DNA from: Haliotis rufescens
Taxonomy: Eukaryota
Reading direction: 5' to 3'
DNA length: 64,000 nucleotides
Assembly (NCBI RefSeq): GCF_023055435.1
Contig: NW_025963802.1
Coordinates: forward strand, 36,642,001 to 36,706,000
A program made the position numbers and the translations under genes. This document shows positions 26,381-37,731 of this stretch, piece after piece. The notes under the pieces were generated by a model, which saw nothing but the letters and a program-made list of their open reading frames with translations, was not told the origin of the DNA and ran no database searches. Each line of letters starts with the position of its first letter. The first letter of the stretch is position 1.

Positions 26381-29119
26381 GGTAAAATTCCAATATATAC
26401 AAAATATACAATATGGTACATCCAAAAATACAATTTGGTATATATGGATAGATTTTACCACTGCTTCACTCAGTTTCTTCTTTCTGGATTCTCACAATAT
26501 GTGGTTGATATTGAAAATATTTCTTATAATACCGGACAGAATTACTGCATATGACAAATATACTTTAAAACTATATTCATAATGACAACTATATTTGGAG
26601 TGTTATAAAATAATTGGCATTTATTCATGTTGACAGCATTTTACATTATTAATAAAGAAATAGAAGATTTCAGCAGTAACAGTTAGATATATAATACGTT
26701 TGCCTACTGTTTACAAATAAGATGATCTATACATACAAGCAGTTCAGAGTAGTTTTAAACAGTGACGGTAAAATAAATTTATCGTGAATAGCGGCAAATA
26801 TGAATGTATGCAATTTAATATATTTGTTTCTGTTATGTCATGGTATGGTGATTCTGAATCTAAAATATTGCTTGATATTGTTTGACAAACAGTTGTATGC
26901 ACTGTCCATCGTGATACCTCTACTTAAGTATATATAACAGTATGTTTGTTTAGTCAATTGACATGCGTTCATTGTAAACAAGGATTAGTGTGACAGGATA
27001 ACTAAGTTTGTCATCTGGTATAATGCACTTCCTTCGATTAGCATAATTAGAACAGAGTTTGTAATTAGTTATATCCAGACTCCAGTTAACCAAAACAGTT
27101 AGCATCAGTGGAGAGTGTGAGCAACTGGAGAAGCGGCGAGCAACTCAATGTAATTTATGAATTTGTGGAATTTTAATAAATAAATGAACACCTGTCACAA
27201 ACATGCAGTCGAACATTGAACACACAGAATCGCAGATTTTTCTGTCGTACATTTGAGGGTAAACATGAACGACGCCGTGCAGGATGCCTTACAGAGATTT
27301 GACTTCAGAACACACAGTGAGCTCAGGTAAGTTTATTAATGATGAAATGTTCATTCATTCGTGCAATAGATATGGCAATCATGAGCGCTGACTCTATATG
27401 TGTTCGCAATAGAACATTTGGAAGAAATAAAATTTACTAACATGACTAGTAGTGAGTGGGTGAGTGAGTGAAATTTAACGTCACTACAAGACTAGTACAC
27501 AACAAAGTCATTAAGTGAATATTAAATAAATTGATTCACGATATGACATCATCAAATGCTATATTTGTTTGATGAAACGGGTTGAAAGCAATCCAAATTG
27601 TACAATCATTATTATAAAATACAGCATGCTTATATATGTGTGTCGCTACCCCTCTCACGTCAAATACATAAATGTATAAAAATGTTTTAATATAATTCAA
27701 AATCACTATTATTTTTACATTATAACTAAAACTATGGAGCTTAGCATGTCGAGCCAACAAACTATTGTATATATTTTCACCCTTAGAATTTCTGTTTAAA
27801 GTGTTTGCGTTGGGGTCCAGACAATTCCCAAAATGGACAATTCCAAATAATACTGCGTAAAATATTGGATTAAAGTAAGTAAAATTTAATCCAAAGAAAA
27901 CATAAACTATTCAATTTCAAGTTAAAGTCGTTAGAAGTTATGTACACGCATATATTGCCCATATGTTTTCTCCCATATTTGGGATAATTGTACCAAAGAA
28001 CAAGAATCAATCCTTGAAAGTTTACACTTAGATTCATTACGGACTATTTATTGGGCGACAAGGCGTAAAGAACCAAAAGAAAACACTATTTCACAAGATT
28101 GAAAACACCTCTTCTGTCAGTGATTACTATTAAAGAAATCGAACCAATTTACAGGCTGCAAGTTGCTGAACAGAATGCTATGCCAAGTCATTCCTTCCTG
28201 ATACCATTGATAATTGGAATAGTCACCTGATACAGAGGATTATTAAACTATTATTATAATAATTGGACACTATTACTAATATTCAGCTATACCAGATTTT
28301 GTCACATAATCATTTATCGCCCCGGACTCGGCTGTTAGTGATAAACTTCCATCGGCTTGAAAGACACATCTCAGATAACGCATCATGCATGCTCTTGTGG
28401 CTATCCCATATACTGCATTTTTTTCACATGCCCTAACTACAATATTTTAAGAAAAGATTCACCTTTCTATTCAAAAGGTTAGAGTTTGAGTTCAGTGCTT
28501 TTTGGGAAACAAAATCTGTCAATTTAGCCATTTTGAATTTAGTCCATATGTACATCCTACATTCTTAAGAATTAATTCATATTTTAAGATAATTATGTAT
28601 TAGGTATTAAAGAGTTAAATAGCTTTTCTTAATAATTGAATACCTTTCCATCAACCGCACCAAACTGTTGGCCACTCGTTTTGTGTTCTGTTTTAATGTT
28701 TATATGTATTATGTTTTATAATATGTATGTATGTATATATTAACCAACACATATCAATATTACTTGATAAATATATTTTTGTCTCTGGAACAGTTTTTAG
28801 CAATCCCGATTCAATTACTGAGTAAAAAATATGTTAAAAGCATGAACAATGTCCCATTCACAGTAGGACATCTCCCAAAATACCACATTTTTGTTTTTGT
28901 AAGAATTAATAAGAGGAAGTTTGGTGGGGGACTTTTGGGATGAATGAATACAGACTGCCATGTTGTCAGAGTAGATCTGTAGATCTTAACTATCACCGGG
29001 TGTGACCATGTAGACAGGATTTCATTCGGGTTTCTGATTTTGACAATTACTCCATGAACATACTGAATATTGGTGCTTGGGGATATAAAATGTAACAGTT
29101 TGTTATCAGAGGAGATTGC

Positions 29120-29740
29120 GGCCACAATGCAGTTTACCGGGCGCAGCCCGAGCTCTACCATCCAGTCAATTACCGCACTATAGTTACCGCAATATATGCT
29201 GTCTCGCTATACCGTTACCGTGCCTCACGCTCCGGTGACTCTCGCTTCACGATCCAAAACCCGTTTTCGGTCTTACGGAAACTTACACGTCTTTACGATC
29301 CAACACCCGTTTTCGGTCTTTGGGAAATTTACACGTCTTTACGATCCAACACCCGTTTTCGGTCTTAGGGAAACTTACACAGCGCTAATTGGATCTGAAA
29401 AAGTGCGCCCGGTAAAGTGCACTACTCCCAAATAAATGACCATCTGTCATTATATGACTTGTCAACGTTGAACTGACGTAAATCAACAGTTTGTGTACGA
29501 GCTGTCTCATGTAGGCCAACATGCTTCGTCAGGTGGCCTAGTCGGTCGGCTGATAATTGCGGCTTCGCTTAGCAATAGGTAGGTCATTACTTGAAAAACC
29601 AAATGCACTTGGAGAGATACAGAGGGAGTAGTGCACTGACGAAGCATGTTGGCCTAGCCTACATGAGAGAGCTCGTACACAAACTGTTGATTTACGTCAG
29701 TTCAACGTTGACAAGTCATATAATGACAGATGGTCATTTA
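29120..29740. mobile_element. Two abutting MITE/foldback elements
   Basis: 29120-29429: TGCA(G/C)TTTACCGGGCGCA inverted ends with three ~46-bp internal repeats. 29433-29740: ~100-bp inverted arms. Confidence 0.65.
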
Positions 29741-31379
29741 TGTAGCTAATACCGATTCTTACCGTTTGTTATTTTGTTGAAAATGATTCGTATTAAACTG
29801 TAAATTTCTCATCTAATTTGTCAGTCGATCCTTTTCGTTTCGCAAAGCGCCATTTTGTTACTTGACTTGCGTGTATTCTTTCGCTTAGAACAACCGTCTC
29901 ATTGATTTGAAATTTATTTTTTGATGAAGCTGATTTTGTATATAATCATATCTAAATGTATACTAAAGAATTTTAGTGACATCAAATATTTTTGGTTACT
30001 TTTGTTTATTTTTTTAAGATTAAGCAAAGACGGAACTACATTTCTAGTCGTACTTACAGGGGGTGGTAAACCGTCCATGTGTGTTATGTAGGGAGAATTT
30101 ACGCTTGAAGGTTTTACATTTGTAATGAAATAATTTAATCTTCCTGCAGACAAGACGTAGATGAAAGTAACATCAACGTGGCGATCGATGAAACTATAAT
30201 CTACGTAGATGATGCTTGGCTGACTTTTATATACCAATTAGAGTAGGTTGGTGGCAATGTATTCTACATAATAAAATAATATGCACTTTATGTGGTTTAA
30301 AAGACAACGGTGACGAATACCAATATTTGTGTTTTTGTGTTCATAACACAACAGTATAGTCATTAGATTATATAAAGCTTCAACACATAGCCAGCATGCA
30401 TATAAACATGTGAAGGAGTTAACCCACATGTTTAAGCATGTTTATAGTTTCAGTTAATCGTTAATAGTATCAGTTAAAAAATAAAGTATGTCATTCCGCA
30501 TGGATGGCCAGTCCCTGGTGTGTTGCCCTTTCTGCTTGAGAAATCAGGACTACCTTTAATCTTCTTCAGGGGGTACAGCTACGTTTTGACACATTCACAT
30601 TCACACATTGAGCATGGGAGTTCAAACAAGTGCTTCAGATAAAGAACGTTTATGATATATATCCAATTAAATGTACTTAACATTTGTTGATGTGCAGTCA
30701 TGTCCTCCATTACTTAGTATCATAAGCAGCATGTAGTTGTCATATTATAATTATCCTGACAGACAATATGCACTTATGGTAAGGTGATATGAAGTCAAAC
30801 CAATGTATATTAGATATCAACCAAATAGCATTAAATGCTACGGCTAATTGATATAAACTAGTTAGTAGGGCAACAATGATGCTGTGCCCAAATCTGGTAC
30901 CTATTCTGCCCCCAAGCCCTATGGAAAAACGTCGAAAATAATCATTGCTTGGTTATAATTAATTGTTAACAATAAATGATCAATCCACGTTTTGTGTCTT
31001 CTGTAAGATATATGTATGGACTCTTTTTTGATAAGATGGAATAGAAGTTGATCGAGGTTGTAAATATAACTATTTTGACGCCTTCTTTTGTATTCATGTG
31101 GGGCGGTCTGGTGGCCTAGTGGTTAAAGCGTTCGCTCGTCACGCCGAAAACCCGGGCTCGATTCCCGACATGGGTACAATATGTGAAGCCCATTTCTGGT
31201 GTCCCTCGCCGTGATATTGCTGGAATATTGCTAAAAGCGGCGTAAAACCATACTCACTCACTCGCTATTCAAGTACAACGCGTCTGTTGAAATAATATGT
31301 ATGTCCGTTTATATACAGGATTTCTCTTTTACGATTCGTTGTCGGAAGTGACAAGATCTCTGTTTCTCTGAGGCAAACG

Positions 31380-31720
31380 AATCTATTCTTCATGAAATGC
31401 GGCTTCAAGTCCAGCGAGATTTTGAACTTGGGGATCACGATGTCTGATTTTCCGGCCAATAATGTCCCAGAGATGCTCAATCGGATTAAGATCCGAACTA
31501 CAGGAAGAGTGGCAATAGCTTCTTGACGCAAATAAGCCAAAACTGCCCGAGATCTGTGTGGTCTAGCATTGTCGTCCATGGAAACAGGTCTTGTCTGAAG
31601 AGGATGGTTGTCAAAATGAGGGACTACCACTGGACGAAGAACGGCATCTTGGTATTGTTGGCCAATCAGGTTTTCCCGAATTGTCACCAGCGGAAGTTTG
31701 CAGCCGGAGGAAACACCCTC
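31380..31720 (-). mobile_element. Degenerate Tc1 transposase DDE fragment
   Basis: YQDAVLRPVVVPHF...MDDNARPHRSRAV, followed by a frameshifted DLNPIEHLW-like sequence. Confidence 0.8.
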
Positions 31721-32649
31721 CAAAAAACTCCCCTCCAAAAAAAAGGTGTGACCCTGAAAGATTGAGTATATTATGAATAAATTTAATTTGCAGTTTACAG
31801 TTACAATATCGTGTTGTCAAAAAATAAATTTTCCAAATGCTGATATAGTGAATGAAAATCCAAACTAAGTATTATAATTTACCTATTTAACCAGGAAAGT
31901 CTGAAGTGATGCAGTTCTCAGACGTTTATCACTTTAAAGAGTGAGTGAGTGAGTTGGGTTTAACGCCGCTTTTAACAATATTCCAGTTATATCACGGCGC
32001 GTCAACTTAATGTGGGAGGAAAGCCCGAAGTGATGCAGGTCTAAGACGTTTACCACTTCGGTGAAACCCGCGAGCACGGGTATGGTGCTGACAAACCTAG
32101 AAACATAATCGGGGCGAACCGGGATTCGAACCAACAATCATAGGTTTCTGGCGTGTTCAAGGGACGCAACTCTGCACAGCGAATGGCGGCGCCTTAGACG
32201 ACTGGGCCACCCGTGCCACCTCACTTTAAAGAAACCCACGAGTACAGGTATGGTACTGACAAACCTCGAAATATTATCGGGGAACGAGGATTCGTTGAAA
32301 TCCATGATATGAAGTAATGTGCCCTGTGAGTAAATATTTACTGTATATGTAACATGATTCACCGAAGGAATTCCAGGTTAGAATAAAAACCCAGCGAACT
32401 ATGCTGGACGTGCTTACATATCGTGCTACTACATATATTGTGATTGCGCAGTCACGTCCATCGCAGTTGCTAATAGAATTCCAGTTTTATGGTAGGACCA
32501 ATGTATTCCGAAGAATCTGCTATGGAGAAACGATGAGATTTATCTTTATTTAACCTTGTCATGATTGAATTCAGGGTATTGACACCCTCACTTGAAGAGT
32601 CGTGTCAGACAATAGATCCTTCCATCCTATCTCATCCCCAAATCGCTTA

Positions 32650-33745
32650 TATTTATTTACCAATCAAAATGAGAGGGCGTGGGTTGATTAACGTGGAGGC
32701 TCTTAATGATAGAATTTTATTGTGCGCTTCTGCACACATTTATTTGTCTGATGATCCTCTTGTGAAGCATGTCAAGACTTGTGATGAAAACAAGGCATTC
32801 CACAGTTTTCTTAAACGAGCCAATTCGGATCGGTGTGGGACATAACCTCATTGTCAGTGTTGATTTTGTTGATGGTTCCGTACTGCTGGACGGTACAGAA
32901 ATGAGTGTCAACCAAGCGAGGTACCATATCGAATCAGGTTTTCAAGGATAGGCTATTTGAACGACCACTGCATCGAGTATGTGTGCAGTGTGTTGAGAAG
33001 GTGAGCAACCCTATAGAGTCCTTTGCTTAGATGAAGTCGACCAGCATGAAAGGAGAAACAGAAGGCTTTCTGTTTGCTGCTCAGGACCAGTCACTTCTCA
33101 CTCAAAACCGTCAATGTGTGATTTTGCATCAAGATGTGAATATGAAAAGTAGATAATGCAATGAATTTAATGAGACTGTCCAACACATTGTCAGTAGATG
33201 CCCAGCTTTGGCACAAACACAGTATCTTAAGCGACATGAAGGTGTAGCTCGATCATTTTATTACCCTTTTCGCAATGCTTGTGGCTTTGACACAGAGGTC
33301 CATCCATGGTAAGACCCAGAATATGTAGAGGGCGTTATGGAAAATGAAAAAGTACAAAATTCTTTGGAATAGGCCCGTTTACAGCCTCAGACGTATCCAG
33401 GCAAACAACCCTGATCTTGTCCTTTTTCATTAATCAAATGAAATCATTTATATTATTGAATTTTCTGTCCCTTTTGACACTAATGTGATTGACAAGGTTC
33501 AGGAAAACATGGCAGATATGCGGACCTCACGTTCGAAATGTCACGCTTTCATCTTAAGTAACAAGTTGTCCGACTCCCCATTTTTACTCGGTGACTTAGG
33601 TTTGGTACCTCTTAATCTGTTGACTGGCATTGGGAGAGTACCCGTGTTTGCTTCCAGGAAAACAGCCCTTCTGACAATCTGTGTTTTGCAGAAGGCTGCA
33701 ATGTTGGGGAGTCTTCAAATTCTCCGAAAGGTTCTCTGTGGGTTC
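32650..33745 (+). mobile_element. Degenerate R4/Dong-like (restriction-like endonuclease) non-LTR retrotransposon 3' part
   Basis: YLPIKMRGRGLINVE, ETEGFLFAAQDQSL, ETVQHIVSRCPALAQTQYLKRH, PDLV..IYIIEFSVP, LQKAAMLGSLQILRKVL, with stops and frameshifts. Confidence 0.75.
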
Positions 33746-34876
33746 GACTGCTCAAAACGCTATTATTACCTGGTGCTGAGTGCACTCACGAATCATTCTC
33801 TGCTCCCTGGGGACCATACAACCCAAGTTGCCTGTTCGGCGGTAGATGGTTAACAACCACATTGCCATCTCATCAAACTGGGTACCCATTCACTGCTGGG
33901 TGAACAGAGGCACATTTTGAACAAAGTCACTTGCCCAAGGAGACGCCACATGTGTTACATGTGCCTTAATGTGGGGCAGGACCGAAGCCCCAGAAACTCT
34001 CACCAAGGACTCCCCGCGACCGACGTTGCTTAACTTCATCTGATTTGCCACCACACGCACGTCAAATTGATATACGTCATGCAAACAGAAACAAAATGCA
34101 AACAGAAAGAATGACTTTGCCTCTCCTGGCTGACCCACAGCATTAACCTAATGTTAGACATACACCATTATTAGTTTCAATATTTTCATTATTAAAATCT
34201 CAACTCTAAAAGAGGATTTTTCATATTTCGGATGGTTAATTCCCTTGTCGTTGCAGCATATTATTTTTGTTTCGTCAAAACAACACTTTATGTAGTAGTA
34301 TACCTCATAGCCAGGGCTCCGATTCACCAATTTAAAGCGTTCTTTGTTTACGACATTCGTAATCCTATGATAAACCATGGCGTTACGCTTTGTGAATATA
34401 ATTAAATAAACGTTCACAAACTAGTTTAGTTACATGGGAATATGATCTTATACTAAATGATGCTTTTACCATTTGATAGTGATTCATAAACACATGCCCA
34501 TCATATAGCCGGAATCGTGCAATCGACTCTGCTTAATGCAAAGATCTATATTGGCTATTGAAAGGGTTTTGTCGCTTTATTTATTTGGTGTTTAAATTGA
34601 AATCTTAACATAAATGTACAGGGTATGATCCTCATCTTGACACAGATACGTAGTGACCTTCACCATCCACTGTAACGGTGGAGCAGGATACGCTCATCTT
34701 TCCGCGAACACCTGGTGTCATTACTAATTAATAATGATATATAAACACATGCTCGTAAGGAAGTCGGAATTGTACATTGGCCTCTACGTTTAGAGATTTC
34801 TTATGAATATGGAAAGTGTTTATTAAAGCTTTATCATCTAAATATGAAATTTGACTCAGCCAGAATAAAAACTGTA

Positions 34877-35030
34877 CCGTATTCGACGTAATAAGCGCCC
34901 CGCTGATATATTGGCTAGTGAACAATCCCAATAAGCACCCCCGTCCGACCCCTATTCGCATATAATACGCATCGCTTCCTTTCCCTTTTCGCGTATAATA
35001 CGCACTCGTGTGTTATTACGTCGAATACGG
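34877..35030. mobile_element. Tc1/mariner-type MITE
   Basis: TA|CCGTATTCGACGTAATAA ... TTATTACGTCGAATACGG|TA. Confidence 0.75.
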
Positions 35031-35945
35031 TATTTGTGTTATTATATAATATCGAGTTTGAGCATAGATCTTCATATACATTCAGATTTGTATACATAAA
35101 CTGATGAAGAGGAAAAAGAAACTACCTCTCAGTTGATTTTATCATATCTTACAAACTTTGATATTTAATTGAAAAAAATTTAAGTTATCGATATTGTATC
35201 CAAAAATTAACTGTTTTGGCACTTAGTCAACACTCAAAGAATTCTTCTGCTTAGTTTTATATTTTTTTAATATATTTTGATTCAAAACTTTAAAAAGAAT
35301 TATCATAATATTTGTCATGCTACACAACTGATGATGTGTATCTTAAACATCTTATCCTTGAAAAAGAAATGTGTCGCTTTTTTCGGCACAAATATATATT
35401 TCAAACATGGCATGGGTCACGTGGTTGCAAACTCATTTATTACTCTAGTCTTCATTGAACCAATTTAATTTTACACCTGATCTGAATACCTTGATCAAAG
35501 TGCTATACGGCTGTAATATTGCCGATGCGATGTAACATTTAACTCACTCTCTATTTTTACACACAGTTTCCTAGACACAGATTACATTTTACAATTGCAG
35601 GAATGAGTGATGGTTAAATCGACATTAACAAATTTAACAATAGTTCTTTCAATTGGGAATTAAATAAAAAAACAAATTCGGTATACCTTCTTTTGCCCCT
35701 AAGTTAAAGAATATTTTCATATATTTGACATCTTAAAAGCTTGCGAAAACCATACGTGAAAGAAAATACATGAAAACAACAAGTACTGTGTATCGTACTT
35801 CCGAACTCAGCTGACCATCCAGTTAAAAGAATAATTAAATTCCTCTTAACTGAACATATCTATTTCGTTTCAGATTCCAGTTTCATATATTTGTGTAAAG
35901 TCAAACATGTAACATTAAAAATATTAATCAAATATATTTCTATAA

Positions 35946-36134
35946 CAAGTTGTCCGACTCCCCATTTTTCTCGGTGACCTAGGTTTGGTACCTCTTAAAT
36001 CTGTTGACTGGCATTGGCCTGGGAGAGTACCCGTGTTTGCTTCCAGGAAAACAGCCCTTCTGACAATCTGTGTATTGCAGAAGGCTGCAGTGTTAGGCAG
36101 TCTTCAAATTCTCCGAAAAGTTCTCTGTGGGTTC
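35946..36134 (+). mobile_element. Second copy of the 3' ~190 bp of the R4-like element, between long direct repeats
   Basis: Nearly identical to 33562-33747. Flanked by 35829-35945 and 36135-36251. Confidence 0.75.
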
Positions 36135-37184
36135 GAATGATTAAATTTCTCTTAACTGAACATATCTATTTCGTTTCAGATTCCAGTTTCATATATTTGT
36201 GTAAAGTCAAACATGTAACATTAAAAAGATTAATCAAATATATTTCTATAAAATTAAGATGTCGTGATATATATTTGTCTTCGTTCTGAGTTGCATCTGT
36301 CCGAACATTAATTATTGACGCCTTCATCTCACATAGTCATAGGTGCGGTACTTGGTGGAAGGCAATCTATTGATGAGGATGCTGACACCACCAGCTCATC
36401 GCTGTTCCGCTCTCAAGGCTCAGTGTCAATGCGACAGTCGTCTCACATTTCTATTTGCTGTGAATGTAGGGGCTATATTTACTGAGGGTTAAACTGCCTT
36501 CTACAAACCGAATGTATTTGCATTGCTGACTGGTAGGTTACGAGTGAGTGAGGGAGTATAGCCGAAATATATAGCAAAAGTCCATCCATATCTCGCGGGG
36601 GACGACACCAGAAATAGGTTTATAGCATTATTCCAATGTGTTTGTTGAGGAGGTTATGTTAATAAGAATATGATTTATGATCATTCAAAATGTATTTGAC
36701 AATTTCATTTTTAATAGGTTTATTAACGTACTACAGTAAATCATGTCTAAGTACATAAATGGAACTACTTCAATGTTGGATATGATTTGTTTCAATTTAA
36801 AAACAACGAATATTACATTTTATAGATATAATTGCAAGTAGGTTTAAGCACATATGTGTTAAGAATAAATCATCGTTAAAACGGAAACCCAAAGTTATCT
36901 TGCAATGTAAACCACCAGGCGAAAGAAAGTACAGTTTGAAAATTGGATGTGACCAAAAGTATCACAAACGCTTTCGAAACGTTACTAGGCTGAAAACAGT
37001 CGCGGGAACACTGGAAACTTCACGTCCAAAACTTGTTTGTTTCATTTTAGCCACCATCAAACATGGGTGTGTACTTTCTTAAGCCCGGCGGTTTCTGAAG
37101 CTGAAGATATTCAGATACCCAAGGGGTTTCCCATTCTATGTTACTGTTTCTTAAGTATCAACAGCGTAATCTACACGTGTTGAT

Positions 37185-37650
37185 ATAATCCACCTAATCC
37201 AGATCAATCTGACTACGATACACCTTAATCCCGCTAGCTGGGGAATCCGTGCCCAAAGTGTGTCCCAATAAAATACCGCGTTCCGCCAGTTAAAACAAAT
37301 TGTCCTTAATTGTCATTCAGCTGACGACTAGAACGATCTTAACCATGTATTGTGCAAACACGGGTGCACGGTACATTTGATGTCCTACCTGGTGATTACG
37401 CCGAGATAATCCCTCTCACACTTCGTATAGGTCGCTAAATATCCACTGGACGCACAAGCGATAGTACTTTCACACCAAGCCCAAGATCACTATTATAATA
37501 TTTTGTTTATCTTTGTTTCCGTTACCAAGTATATCCAATGTGAGATCAATTCGTTACTGAATCGATCAACGAGTGCTGCCTTTGTTATGTAAATATGTTG
37601 TTTTAGAAAGATATATAAACATTGGATAGGACAGATTCAGTATCATTCTC
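37185..37650 (+). promoter_or_regulatory. Conserved cdc25 promoter module (copy 1)
   Basis: TAATCC at 37186, 37195, 37226 and 37407; TAATTGTCA at 37307; CTTTGTT at 37580; TATATAAA at 37612; TCATTC Inr-like at 37643. Blocks are collinear upstream of all five copies. Confidence 0.7.
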
Positions 37651-37731
37651 CGTCTAATACTTGACGAGTACACACCATCATACAACGATTTCTTAACATT
37701 ACAGAATTCCCTCGAAGAAACCGATTCCACC

